Positions 1 to 8,689 of a stretch of DNA of 60,956 nt are shown here, one piece after another. The position numbers and the translations under genes were made by a program. Source of the DNA: Pseudomonadota bacterium. GTDB taxonomy: Bacteria > Pseudomonadota > Gammaproteobacteria > Pseudomonadales > Oleiphilaceae. The stretch is from the NCBI GenBank assembly GCA_051745655.1, contig JBNJEG010000001.1, positions 1-60,956 of the forward strand, read 5' to 3'. The first letter of the stretch is position 1. The number at the start of each line of letters is the position of its first letter. The notes beneath the pieces are model-generated. The model ran no database searches. It saw nothing but the letters and a program-made list of their open reading frames with translations, and was not told the origin of the DNA.

Positions 1-529
1 CGGGGCTGTTGGAGCCGCGGTGCCTTTTCTCGCCTCGTGGCGTCCCAGTGCCAAAGCTGAGGCAGCTGGAGCGCCACGCAGGATAAGTGTTTCCAAGGTC
101 GACCCGGGCGAGCGGGTTACCGTGGAGTGGCGCGGTCAGCCCATCTGGGTTGTGCGCCGTACCCCCGAGATGCTTGAGCGGCTTGAGAGCATCTCCGACC
201 GCCTTGATGATCCAGAGTCCAAGGAACCCCAGCAGCCTGATTACATTGAGGGGCGTCACCGCTCGATCGAGCCAGAGTTTCTGGTAGTGGTTGGTATCTG
301 CACGCACCTGGGGTGCTCACCGAGTTTTCGCCCCAGCGAGGGCGCCGCGGGACTTGGTGACGACTGGCCAGGTGGCTTTTTCTGCGCCTGCCATGGTTCC
401 AAGTTTGACCTCGCGGGTCGGGTCTTCAGCGGGGTTCCGGCACCCAAAAACCTGGAGATACCCCCGTACCGTTTTGAGGATGACGGTCAGACCATTGCCA
501 TTGGCCTCGACCCGGAGGACGCAGCATGA
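1..529 (+). CDS. petA: Rieske iron-sulfur subunit of cytochrome bc1 (5' end truncated by window edge)
   Basis: Rieske boxes CTHLGC and CACHGS; the frame is open to the window start (GAVGAAVPFL); ATGA overlap with petB. Confidence 0.97.
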   Translation, partial: GAVGAAVPFLASWRPSAKAEAAGAPRRISVSKVDPGERVTVEWRGQPIWVVRRTPEMLERLESISDRLDDPESKEPQQPDYIEGRHRSIEPEFLVVVGICTHLGCSPSFRPSEGAAGLGDDWPGGFFCACHGSKFDLAGRVFSGVPAPKNLEIPPYRFEDDGQTIAIGLDPEDAA

Positions 530-1761
530 ACAAACTGATTCAGTGGGTTGATGAACGCTTGCCGGTTGTGGCCGCCTTCGAGCGGCACATGAGCAAGTAC
601 TATGCGCCCAAGAACTTCAACGTGTGGTACGTCTTCGGCGTGCTTTCGATGCTGGTTCTGGTCAATCAGCTTCTGACAGGCATCTGGCTGACCATGATGT
701 ACACGCCGACGGCCGAAGGGGCTTTCGCCTCGGTCGAGTATATTATGCGTGACGTCGACTACGGGTGGCTGCTGCGATACATGCACTCGACGGGCGCGTC
801 GATGTTCTTTGTGGTGGTCTATCTCCACATGTTCCGTGGGTTGATGTATGGCTCTTACCAGAAGCCACGCGAGCTCATCTGGATCTTTGGCATGTCGATC
901 TATCTGCTCCTTATGGCGGAAGCCTTCATGGGGTATGTGCTGCCTTGGGGGCAGATGTCCTACTGGGGCGCCCAGGTGATCATCAACCTGTTCAGCGCTA
1001 TTCCCGGTATCGGCGAGGATCTTGCGCTCTGGATCCGGGGTGATTACCTCATCTCTGGTGCCACGCTCAACCGCTTCTTCGCGCTTCATGTTGTCGCATT
1101 GCCGATGGTTCTGATTGGGCTTGTGATCCTGCACATCCTTGCGCTCCACGAGGTTGGCTCCAACAATCCCGATGGCATCGATATCAAGAAGAACAAGGAT
1201 GAAAACGGTATTCCGAAGGACGGTATCCCGTTCCATCCCTACTACACCGTGCATGACCTGGTGCCGATCGCGGTTTTCCTGGCGGTGTTTGCCATTATCG
1301 TCTTCTATTTCCCAGAAATGGGTGGCTACTTCATCGAGAAGCCGAACTTCCAGGAGGCGGATCCGCTGCAGACGCCGGATCATATTGCGCCGGTGTGGTA
1401 CTTCACGCCTTTCTACGCGATGCTTAGGGCCATCACGTTCGACCTGTTTGGCCTCTCATCACAGTTCTGGGGTGTACTCGTGATGGGCGCTGCCATCGCT
1501 ATCCTGTTTGTTCTGCCCTGGCTCGACCGCAGCCCCGTGCGTTCTATGCGGTATAAGGGCTGGTTCAGCCGTGTTGCCCTGGCACTGTTCGCTGGCAGCT
1601 TTGTGATGCTTGGCTATCTGGGGGCTGAACCCGCAACGCCCATCAAGACGATGCTTGCGCAGCTCGGGACGGCGATCTACTTCGGCTTCTTCATCCTGAT
1701 GCCGTTCTACACACGGATGGAGTCCACGAAACCGGTTCCGGAGAGGGTGACAACCAAATGA
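526..1761 (+). CDS. petB: Cytochrome b
   Basis: LRYMHSTGAS, YVLPWGQMSYWGA, RFFALH, heme His ligands and the Qo motif PVWY. Confidence 0.98.
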   Translation: MNKLIQWVDERLPVVAAFERHMSKYYAPKNFNVWYVFGVLSMLVLVNQLLTGIWLTMMYTPTAEGAFASVEYIMRDVDYGWLLRYMHSTGASMFFVVVYLHMFRGLMYGSYQKPRELIWIFGMSIYLLLMAEAFMGYVLPWGQMSYWGAQVIINLFSAIPGIGEDLALWIRGDYLISGATLNRFFALHVVALPMVLIGLVILHILALHEVGSNNPDGIDIKKNKDENGIPKDGIPFHPYYTVHDLVPIAVFLAVFAIIVFYFPEMGGYFIEKPNFQEADPLQTPDHIAPVWYFTPFYAMLRAITFDLFGLSSQFWGVLVMGAAIAILFVLPWLDRSPVRSMRYKGWFSRVALALFAGSFVMLGYLGAEPATPIKTMLAQLGTAIYFGFFILMPFYTRMESTKPVPERVTTK

Positions 1762-2492
1762 AACAGCTTCTGACCGTACTTCTGGTGATGTGCATGCCGG
1801 TGGTCGCTTCTGCGGCCGGCGGCGGCGGGGGCAACCTCGACTCTATGGAACCGGATCTGAGTGATGAAGCGTCACTGCAGCGTGGCGCGCAGATTTTCAC
1901 GAACTACTGCATGGGGTGTCACTCGGCGGAGCACTCGCGTTACAAGCGAGTGGCCAAGGACATCGGCATCCCGCAGGAGCTCTATGAAAAGAATCTGATC
2001 TTTACGGACGCCCGATTCGGCGAGCTTATGAAGATTGCCATGCCCGAGGAGCCTTCCTCCTCCTGGTTCGGTAAGGCACCACCGGACCTGACGCTGACTG
2101 CGCGGGTCAACGGCCCGGATTGGCTTTACTCCTACCTGCGTGCCTTCTACAAGGATGAGAAGCGGCCGCATGGGGTGAACAACGCCGTGTTTGAAAACGT
2201 CGGTATGCCCCATGTAATGGTCAACCAGGGCGGACTCTGTGCGGAAGCTCCGCATGTCGGGGAGGCGTCGGATAGCGACCAAGCCTTCTGTGACGACTGG
2301 GCCATTGAGGGCAACATGGAAACTGAAGAGTTTGATCAGGCCATGTATGACCTGACCAATTTCCTGGTCTATCTGGGCGAGCCGGCTCAGGTGGAGCGCA
2401 AGCGGCTTGGTGTGTATGTACTGATCTTCATTGGTGTCTTCTTCATCTTCGCGTACCTGTTGAACCGCGAATACTGGAAAGACATCCACTGA
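1758..2492 (+). CDS. petC: Cytochrome c1
   Basis: Signal peptide, CMGCH heme motif, PPDL, GMPH Met ligand and C-terminal TM ending EYWKDIH. Confidence 0.97.
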   Translation: MKQLLTVLLVMCMPVVASAAGGGGGNLDSMEPDLSDEASLQRGAQIFTNYCMGCHSAEHSRYKRVAKDIGIPQELYEKNLIFTDARFGELMKIAMPEEPSSSWFGKAPPDLTLTARVNGPDWLYSYLRAFYKDEKRPHGVNNAVFENVGMPHVMVNQGGLCAEAPHVGEASDSDQAFCDDWAIEGNMETEEFDQAMYDLTNFLVYLGEPAQVERKRLGVYVLIFIGVFFIFAYLLNREYWKDIH

Positions 2493-2502
2493 AGGAATCC
2501 GT

Positions 2503-2542
2503 TATAATCCCGCCTTCAGGGCCCGGCACCAGATGCCGGGCC
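2503..2542 (+). promoter_or_regulatory. Candidate sspA -10 box (TATAAT 2503-2508) followed by a 9-bp GC-rich hairpin (2520-2542)
   Basis: Perfect TATAAT; GGCCCGGCA-ccaga-TGCCGGGCC; no U-tract and no clear -35. Confidence 0.45.
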
Positions 2543-2592
2543 GTCTGCACTGAATCCCTTCTTTCCGACCGGCAATATCATGGGGTAACGCT

Positions 2593-3219
2593 ATGGCTGT
2601 TGTGACCAAACGGTCATCAATGACGTTCTTTTCCGACCCGCGGAGCCATTACAGTCACCGTGTGCGGATCGTGCTGGCGGAAAAGGGCGTAACCGTTGAC
2701 GTGGTCAATGTGGATCCATCGGAGCCGCCAGCCGAGCTCTCCGATCTCAATCCCTACAATGCGCTGCCGACCCTGGTGGATCGGGACCTGGTACTCTATG
2801 AGCCTAATATCATGATGGAGTACCTGGACGAGCGTTTCCCGCATCCGCCGCTTTTGCCGGTTTACCCAGTGGCAAGAGCGCACAGTCGTTTGATGATGTG
2901 GCGTGTTGGCCGGGACTGGTGTGACCTGGTGGATCGTATCGAAGCCGGTAAAGGCAAAGATGTGGAACAGGCGCGCAAGGAGTTGCGTGAGAGCCTGATC
3001 TCCGCAGCCCCGCTCTTTCAGGAGACGCCCTTTTTTCTGAGCGAGGAATTCACCATCGTCGATTGCTGTATCGGCCCGATTCTGTGGCGTCTGCCCAGGC
3101 TCGGTATCTCGCTTCCTGAGAAAGGCGTCAAGCCACTTGAGCAGTACATGGAGCGGTTGTTCGAGCGCCGGAGTTTCAAGGCCAGCCTTTCCGATGCGGA
3201 AGAGGAAATGCGACCCTGA
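2593..3219 (+). CDS. sspA: Stringent starvation protein A (GST fold)
   Basis: YSHRVRIVLAEKG, LNPYN..PTLVDRDL, YLDERFPHPPLLPVYPV. Confidence 0.97.
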   Translation: MAVVTKRSSMTFFSDPRSHYSHRVRIVLAEKGVTVDVVNVDPSEPPAELSDLNPYNALPTLVDRDLVLYEPNIMMEYLDERFPHPPLLPVYPVARAHSRLMMWRVGRDWCDLVDRIEAGKGKDVEQARKELRESLISAAPLFQETPFFLSEEFTIVDCCIGPILWRLPRLGISLPEKGVKPLEQYMERLFERRSFKASLSDAEEEMRP

Positions 3220-3252
3220 CCCTGAGAAGTCGGGCAAAGCCGGGAGTTTTTA

Positions 3253-3678
3253 ATGAGATCGAGCCGACCCTATCTGATTCGGGCGCTCAATGACTGGATC
3301 CTCGACAACGATTCAACACCACACATCGTTGTTGATGCGGGTTTGAGCGGTGTGCAGGTTCCGGTGGATTATGTTGCCAACGGGCAGATTGTGCTCAACA
3401 TCAATCCTTCTGCAATCAAGGGGTTGGTGCTTGGCGATGAAGCGGTGGAGTTTACAGCACGATTTGGTGGCGTCCCTGTCAGTGTCTATGTCCCGATCTA
3501 CGCGGTCATGGCGATTTATGCGAGGGAAAACGGTCAGGGAATGGTGTTCGGTCAGGAGCCTGGGGATCCGGATCCCCCTGAGGGTTCTGGCATCAGTCAG
3601 GTAAGCGACGATTCTGAAGGTGGAGACTCGAACGAGTCGGCGTCTTCCGGGCGGCCCAATCTCAAAGTGGTGAAATAA
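3253..3678 (+). CDS. sspB: ClpXP adaptor SspB
   Basis: RPYLIRALNDWILDN, IYARENGQGM, C-terminal ClpX-binding tail RPNLKVVK. Confidence 0.97.
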   Translation: MRSSRPYLIRALNDWILDNDSTPHIVVDAGLSGVQVPVDYVANGQIVLNINPSAIKGLVLGDEAVEFTARFGGVPVSVYVPIYAVMAIYARENGQGMVFGQEPGDPDPPEGSGISQVSDDSEGGDSNESASSGRPNLKVVK

Positions 3679-3681
3679 GGG

Positions 3682-4275
3682 TCAGCCGTCGCTGAACAGG
3701 CGCGCTTCGATCTCACCACAGAGGGCGTTGAGGATCACTATCATGAGTTCCGCCGTGCAGGCGGTTCCCATATCGGGCAGTGTGATATCAATATCGCCGC
3801 CGTGGAACAGGGCATGGATGTCGGTTTCGGAACGGCCGGTCACCGCGATAACCTGTATTCCACGATCGTGGGCGGCCTGTAGAGCCTGTATCAGGCTGGA
3901 CCGGTTGCCATCATCGGTCAGAAGCAGTAATGAATCCCCTTCATGGCCCAGTGCCTGGATCTGCCGGGAAAACACTTCCTGAATCCGGTTGCTCAGGCCG
4001 ATCGCTGCCAACGTTGTCGCATCCGCGCCGAGGTTGATGACCGGAAGAGCGGGGCGCTCCGTTTCGTAATACGCAAGCATGTTGCTGGAGAAGTACTGGG
4101 CGAAGGCGTTGGCCTTGCCACTGCCACACACCAGTACCTGACGCTCGCTGAGCAGTGTCTCAACGATGGCGTCCGCGGCCTCACCAAGGAGCGGCGCTAC
4201 CACGCCGGCCGCCTCTCCAACGCATTCCATATGGTTCGCGATGTGCTGATTGAAACGTTGCTCTGTATCACTCAT
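3682..4275 (-). CDS. DiaA/GmhA-family SIS-domain protein with degenerate active site (DiaA-like)
   Basis: VLVCGSG, ETERPALP, VFSRQIQALG, VIAVTG; lies downstream of yraN; GmhA ligands are absent. Confidence 0.85.
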   Translation of the reverse strand: MSDTEQRFNQHIANHMECVGEAAGVVAPLLGEAADAIVETLLSERQVLVCGSGKANAFAQYFSSNMLAYYETERPALPVINLGADATTLAAIGLSNRIQEVFSRQIQALGHEGDSLLLLTDDGNRSSLIQALQAAHDRGIQVIAVTGRSETDIHALFHGGDIDITLPDMGTACTAELMIVILNALCGEIEARLFSDG

Positions 4276-4637
4276 GGCGTAGCGTCAAAGGCGTTGGGTA
4301 TCCATTCGAATTGGTAGCTGCTCCCGGGTGTGATGGTCACTGCGATCATGTCAAAGCGGCAGACGCAGTTGTCCATGGCGTAACGGTGCAGGTAGAACCT
4401 TGCTGCCCGGATAAGCTTGCGTCGTTTGCGTTCGTCCACCGAGGCCAGTCCATCCACCAGAGCCCCCTTTTTGCGTGCACGCACCTCAATGAAGGCAAGT
4501 GACTCGCCGTCGTGCCCGATCAGGTCAATTTCACCCGCGCGGCAGTTGAAATTCCGCTCCAGAATGCGCACTCCCTCGGATTCAAGAAAATCCGCGGCCG
4601 CGGCTTCCGCATCCCGTCCCTGGTCCCGTTGATCCAT
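4272..4637 (-). CDS. yraN: YraN-family (UPF0102) putative nuclease
   Basis: ERNF..GEIDLI, FIEVRAR, CRFD, WIPNAF. Confidence 0.93.
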   Translation of the reverse strand: MDQRDQGRDAEAAAADFLESEGVRILERNFNCRAGEIDLIGHDGESLAFIEVRARKKGALVDGLASVDERKRRKLIRAARFYLHRYAMDNCVCRFDMIAVTITPGSSYQFEWIPNAFDATP

Positions 4638-4654
4638 TCCGTCTCTCTTACTGC

Positions 4655-6514
4655 TCAGTCTCGCTGGTTTTCGCTGTCAGGTTTTTTCCCATTATCCTCA
4701 TCCGCCATTGTGGCGGGCAGCAGCTCAGGTTTGCCTTGCCGGAAAACAGCCCATTCCGGGGTACGCTCGAAACTGCCATCGCCGGCATTGCGGATGAGGC
4801 CTGTGACGCCCTGCAGCTGGTAACCATCAATTTTTTCAAGAAGCTGAATCTGGCTGGTTAGTCGATAGCTGTCAAAGCCCAGCGCAAAAAGCCGGTCATA
4901 GCGGTCCATCAGGGAGGGAAACAGTGAGCGCAGTGTGCCCCGTTCTTCAGGGGCGCCATTCAGCACCCAGGGGATATCCGTGAAACGGATGCCGTCGAGG
5001 TCGCTGTCCCTCGCCGGGTCCGGCTTGCCGCGGTACAGCAGTGAGCTGCCATAGACGGGCAGATCACCGCCGTAGTAGAAGGCGAACAGTGGGTTGAACT
5101 GGCGTGCCTTGGCCGGAGAGGCAAGCAGTACGATGGCGTCTGTGTCCTGGCGACGACGGGGTTCGAACTGCATGGAGGTGCCCGTCAGGCGCATGAGTGC
5201 ATTGGCCCGGCGACGGCTCTGGTTGATGAGAAAACCTTCTGCGACCACCTGATTGAGATTGCTCTCGTCGTTGTACTCGACGGCATCCAGGAGGGTGGCG
5301 TCGTGTTCCTTCAGAGCGTCCCGGAGAGCGTCTTCCATGCGGCTGCCCCAATCGCCTTCGGGCACGAAGACAAGCGCGTTCTGAAGGTCTTCGCGGTCAA
5401 GGCGACTGGCAATTGCACGCATTTCATCCTCGCCCCCAAGTCCGAATTGGAACAGGTTGTCAGGGGGGACAGCCAGATCACGGCGGTAATTCAGTGCCAT
5501 GACCGGGACGGGCAGGGAGGGTTGGGAGGTCAACTGGTTGAGAGCCTCCTTTTGCAGAGGCCCGACGACGAGGTCCGGGTTGGTCTCCAGCAGTTCCGCA
5601 TAGATACTGATGAAGGGTCTGGCACTGGTGTCGTGCAGGGTGACCGCCGGCGTCGCCCGATCCGGATCCGCGAGGTCCTGGTAATAGGCCGCCATGAAGC
5701 CTTCCCTCACTGCCTGGCCCGCGCCGCCCAGTGCGCCACTCAATGGCAAGGCTAGGGCGACAGAGTTCGGACGCAGCTCTGGTAGTTGCCGCAACAGAGC
5801 AAGCTCGCTTGGTAGTGGGTCGCCCGCCTGGTGTTCAGGCCAGGCCTTCTGCCAGTCGCGTATGGCGCTGGACCGGGCTTCAACCTCGTGCTGTTTATGG
5901 GAGGACAGAGCCAGAGCAAGCTCCATCCATCCCCGAGTCAGGTAATCCGAGCTGCGTTCGGCGATCGGTTCCAGATCGGGACGTGGGACTTCGCGCAGGG
6001 CACCCCAGATCCGCTCGTTCGGTGAATCCGGTTGGGCGGCATCGCTTCCGGCCCAGAGGATCAGGGTCCGAGCCTGCGGAAGGTGGTGCTCCGCGAGGCC
6101 ATAAAGCTTGGCGATGGCATCGAATGCGGCTGCACGTTGGGCGTCGTCAAGCCGTAGTGGCAGTTCAGGATCCAGCTGTTCGGCAAGTGCGCGCGCGTCA
6201 TCGGCGTTGTCCCGCTCGACGACATCACGGCTGAGCAGCCAGAGGTAGCGATCGTTAAGTTCGTCGTCCAGTTGCTGCGGGTCCAGTGCCTCCAGCAGCG
6301 TGCGTGCAGCCACGAAATCGCCGTCGGATTGCAGCATTGCGGCCGCCTTGAGCTGATATTGCTGGCTAAGGCTGGCATCATTGGTGTCCGCGGCCGCACT
6401 AAGCAGCCCCTGAACGGTGGTCGGTTGGCGCTCGGGGCCGGTAGTGGGGTCCACGGCACAACCGGCAATGAACAGCATTAGGAGAACAGTCAGGACCGGC
6501 AAACGGAGTGTCAT
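4655..6514 (-). CDS. lpoA: Penicillin-binding protein activator lipoprotein LpoA/LppC
   Basis: Lipobox IAGC, GWMEL, VALALPLSG, VGPLQK, PRRRQDTD, RLFALGFD; divergent from rsmI. Confidence 0.93.
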   Translation of the reverse strand: MTLRLPVLTVLLMLFIAGCAVDPTTGPERQPTTVQGLLSAAADTNDASLSQQYQLKAAAMLQSDGDFVAARTLLEALDPQQLDDELNDRYLWLLSRDVVERDNADDARALAEQLDPELPLRLDDAQRAAAFDAIAKLYGLAEHHLPQARTLILWAGSDAAQPDSPNERIWGALREVPRPDLEPIAERSSDYLTRGWMELALALSSHKQHEVEARSSAIRDWQKAWPEHQAGDPLPSELALLRQLPELRPNSVALALPLSGALGGAGQAVREGFMAAYYQDLADPDRATPAVTLHDTSARPFISIYAELLETNPDLVVGPLQKEALNQLTSQPSLPVPVMALNYRRDLAVPPDNLFQFGLGGEDEMRAIASRLDREDLQNALVFVPEGDWGSRMEDALRDALKEHDATLLDAVEYNDESNLNQVVAEGFLINQSRRRANALMRLTGTSMQFEPRRRQDTDAIVLLASPAKARQFNPLFAFYYGGDLPVYGSSLLYRGKPDPARDSDLDGIRFTDIPWVLNGAPEERGTLRSLFPSLMDRYDRLFALGFDSYRLTSQIQLLEKIDGYQLQGVTGLIRNAGDGSFERTPEWAVFRQGKPELLPATMADEDNGKKPDSENQRD

Positions 6515-6594
6515 TGGCGTCTCGGCTGGCGTTGTTGCAGGTGGATCGGCTTCATTTGAATCCGACGATTCTAACAGGTAATGGAAGTCTGAGC

Positions 6595-7449
6595 ATGGCC
6601 GAGACTTTACAGGCGGGAACGCTTTACGTGGTGGCGACGCCCATAGGCAATCTCGGGGATATCAGCACCCGGGCAGCCTGGGTGCTGGCAGGAGTGGACC
6701 GGATCCTGGCCGAGGATACCCGTCAGACCCGGCGGCTTCTGGATCATCTGGCGATCCGCAAGACGCTGACGCCGCTCCATGAACACAATGAGGAGAGCCA
6801 GCTTGGCCAGGTGCTTGGCTGGCTGCACGAAGGGGAAACCCTGGCGTTGGTCTCGGATGCCGGGACGCCCCTGATTTCCGATCCGGGGTTTTCGGTAGTG
6901 AGGGCATTGCGGGAGCAGGGGCTGCCTCTGGTGTCAGTTCCGGGTGCAAGTGCCGTGACAGCGGCCCTGGCGGTGGCGGGCCTGCCCACGGACCGGTTTG
7001 TGTTCGAGGGGTTCCTGCCGCCGAAGCCGGGCAGTCGCAGGCGGGCTCTGGAGGCCCTGGGTCGGGAGACGCGGACGATGGTGTTCTACGAGTCCCCGCG
7101 CCGGGTGGTGGGGGCGCTGGAGGATATGGCGGCTGTTTTCGGCGCGGAGCGATCCGGCGCGATCGCGAGGGAGCTGACCAAGGCTCACGAGCAGTCGGTT
7201 CATGGGTCGCTCAGGCAGCTTGCCGATGGGGTCCTGGATGGTGGTATCCCCCAGAAGGGTGAGTTCGTGGTGATGGTTGCCGGGTGTGAGGCGCCGTCCA
7301 GTGGTTTTGATGTGGACACTGATCATCTCCTTAAAGAGCTTCTGGCACGCCTCAGTGTGAGCGATGCCGCCCGGGTGGCCGCGCGGATCACCGGTCAGGG
7401 GCGCAGTGGCCTCTATCGGCGGGCGCTTGAGCTGCAGGAGCAGGAATGA
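6595..7449 (+). CDS. rsmI: 16S rRNA C1402 2'-O-methyltransferase
   Basis: LYVVATPIGNLGD, AEDTR, LVSDAGTPLISDPG, FEGFLP, ARELTK; start reset to ATG 6595. Confidence 0.97.
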   Translation: MAETLQAGTLYVVATPIGNLGDISTRAAWVLAGVDRILAEDTRQTRRLLDHLAIRKTLTPLHEHNEESQLGQVLGWLHEGETLALVSDAGTPLISDPGFSVVRALREQGLPLVSVPGASAVTAALAVAGLPTDRFVFEGFLPPKPGSRRRALEALGRETRTMVFYESPRRVVGALEDMAAVFGAERSGAIARELTKAHEQSVHGSLRQLADGVLDGGIPQKGEFVVMVAGCEAPSSGFDVDTDHLLKELLARLSVSDAARVAARITGQGRSGLYRRALELQEQE

Positions 7450-7458
7450 CACAGCCTC

Positions 7459-7487
7459 TTGTAAAAGGTCGCCAGAGGCATTACTTT
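7459..7487 (+). promoter_or_regulatory. Sigma70-like promoter of rnpB
   Basis: TTGTAA-17 bp-TACTTT ending 7 bp before the RNA 5' end. Confidence 0.6.
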
Positions 7488-7494
7488 TCCACCT

Positions 7495-7848
7495 GAGTCC
7501 GCTATGCAGTCGCTGTCTCCGCCTTGTTGCGGGGATGGAGGAAAGTCCGGGCTCCACAGGGCAGAGTGCCAGGTAACGCCTGGGCGGCGCGAGCCGACGG
7601 AAAGTGCAGCAGAAAGAAAACCGCCCAAGCGGCCCGCGGGTCGCCGGTAAGGTTGAAATGGTGCGGTAAGAGCGCACCGCGTGGCTGGCAACAGTCCACG
7701 GCGATGGTAAACCCCACTCGGAGCAAGGCCAAATAGGAGTCCAGAGGTGTGGCCCGCACCGGACTCGGGTAGGCTGCTTGAGGCCTGCGGTGACGCAGGT
7801 CCCAGACGAATGACTGCACGCGACAGAACCCGGCTTATCGGTGGACTC
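7495..7848 (+). ncRNA. rnpB: RNase P RNA, bacterial class A
   Basis: GAGGAAAGTCCGGGCTCC, GGTAAGAGCGCAC, GGTAAACCCCAC, ACAGAACCCGGCTTA; P1 ends GAGTCCGCT/GGTGGACTC pair. Confidence 0.98.
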
Positions 7849-7853
7849 GAACA

Positions 7854-7887
7854 GGCCCTGGCGTTTCCTGACCGGAAGCGCGGGGCC
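7854..7887 (+). terminator. Hairpin downstream of rnpB, possible terminator or processing stem
   Basis: GGCCCTGGCGTTTCC-tgacc-GGAAGCGCGGGGCC followed by pyrimidine-rich sequence; the U-tract is not immediately adjacent. Confidence 0.45.
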
Positions 7888-8089
7888 ACCCTCCTTGATT
7901 CTTTTCTGACTTAAATAACAGCCCTTCCATAACAAAAAAATCTTGACCTTCAGAATCATTCTTGGAGATGAGTCCAGGTTTCTGAAAAAGCGGGATTTGT
8001 TGCCTGATTATTGCGTTCTATTCACTGCATTCACTCCTAAATCACTGGCACAACGGCATTTTTTTGCGGTTCTAGAGGGCGGGGCTTCC

Positions 8090-8118
8090 TTGCATTGCCC
8101 ATAGAGTCTTCTTATAGT
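8090..8118 (+). promoter_or_regulatory. Pmra promoter of the dcw cluster
   Basis: TTGCAT-17 bp-TATAGT directly upstream of the GTGG repeats and mraZ. Confidence 0.8.
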
Positions 8119-8124
8119 GTCGGC

Positions 8125-8199
8125 AAGTGGTAAAAAGTGGCATCAAGTGGTGTCTTGTGGGTTGTGAGTGGTGGCAGTGGGATCAAGTGGTGATCCTGG
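8125..8199 (+). repeat. MraZ-binding repeat array: seven GTGG boxes at about 10-bp period
   Basis: GTGG at 8127, 8137, 8147, 8157, 8168, 8177 and 8187, plus CTGG at 8196; four boxes are AAGTGG. Confidence 0.85.
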
Positions 8200-8226
8200 C
8201 CACTGAACCGGGGTAGCGAATCGATC

Positions 8227-8676
8227 ATGACGAATTTTCTCGGCAGTCATGCGATCAATATGGACGCCAAGGGGCGCCTGGCGATCCCCGCTCGTGTGCG
8301 CGAGGACCTCGAGACCCTCTGTGGTGGCCGCATCGTGCTGACCGCTCACACCGAGGAACGCTGCCTGCTGGTCTACCCCGAGCCCCAGTGGGAAGAGATC
8401 CTGCCCAAGATTGAGGCTCTTCCGAGTTTCAACAAGGCCGTGCGCCGGACCCAGCGGCTGCTTATTGGCTATGCAACGCCGTTGGAGCTGGATGGCGCCG
8501 GCCGTGTGCTGGTGCCCCAACCGCTGCGTGATTACGCCGGCCTGGAGAAGAAGCTCTACCTGGTCGGTCAGGGCCGCAAGCTTGAGCTCTGGAGCGAGGA
8601 TCGCTGGATGGCCTGGCTTGAAGAGGATGACGGCGATGAGGAAATCCCCGAGGAGATGAAGTCCCTGTCGCTATAG
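8227..8676 (+). CDS. mraZ: Division/cell wall cluster transcriptional repressor MraZ
   Basis: Two AbrB-like DxxGR motifs (DAKGR, DGAGR) and LELWS. Confidence 0.97.
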   Translation: MTNFLGSHAINMDAKGRLAIPARVREDLETLCGGRIVLTAHTEERCLLVYPEPQWEEILPKIEALPSFNKAVRRTQRLLIGYATPLELDGAGRVLVPQPLRDYAGLEKKLYLVGQGRKLELWSEDRWMAWLEEDDGDEEIPEEMKSLSL

Positions 8677-8689
8677 CGGGGGCTGGAGA

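Noticed and set aside
2230-2310. Extra Cys pair in cytochrome c1, PVWY in cytochrome b, and CACH in the Rieske protein
   Set aside because: Known or minor variants in proteobacterial bc1 complexes; all cofactor ligands are intact
6934-7959. ORFs overlapping rnpB (341 aa, 158 aa and others)
   Set aside because: Antisense translations of RNase P RNA, a common spurious call
8125-8199. Periodic repeats as a possible CRISPR or iteron array
   Set aside because: The 10-bp period with a 4-6 bp core, the lack of spacers or cas/rep genes and the position all fit an MraZ operator
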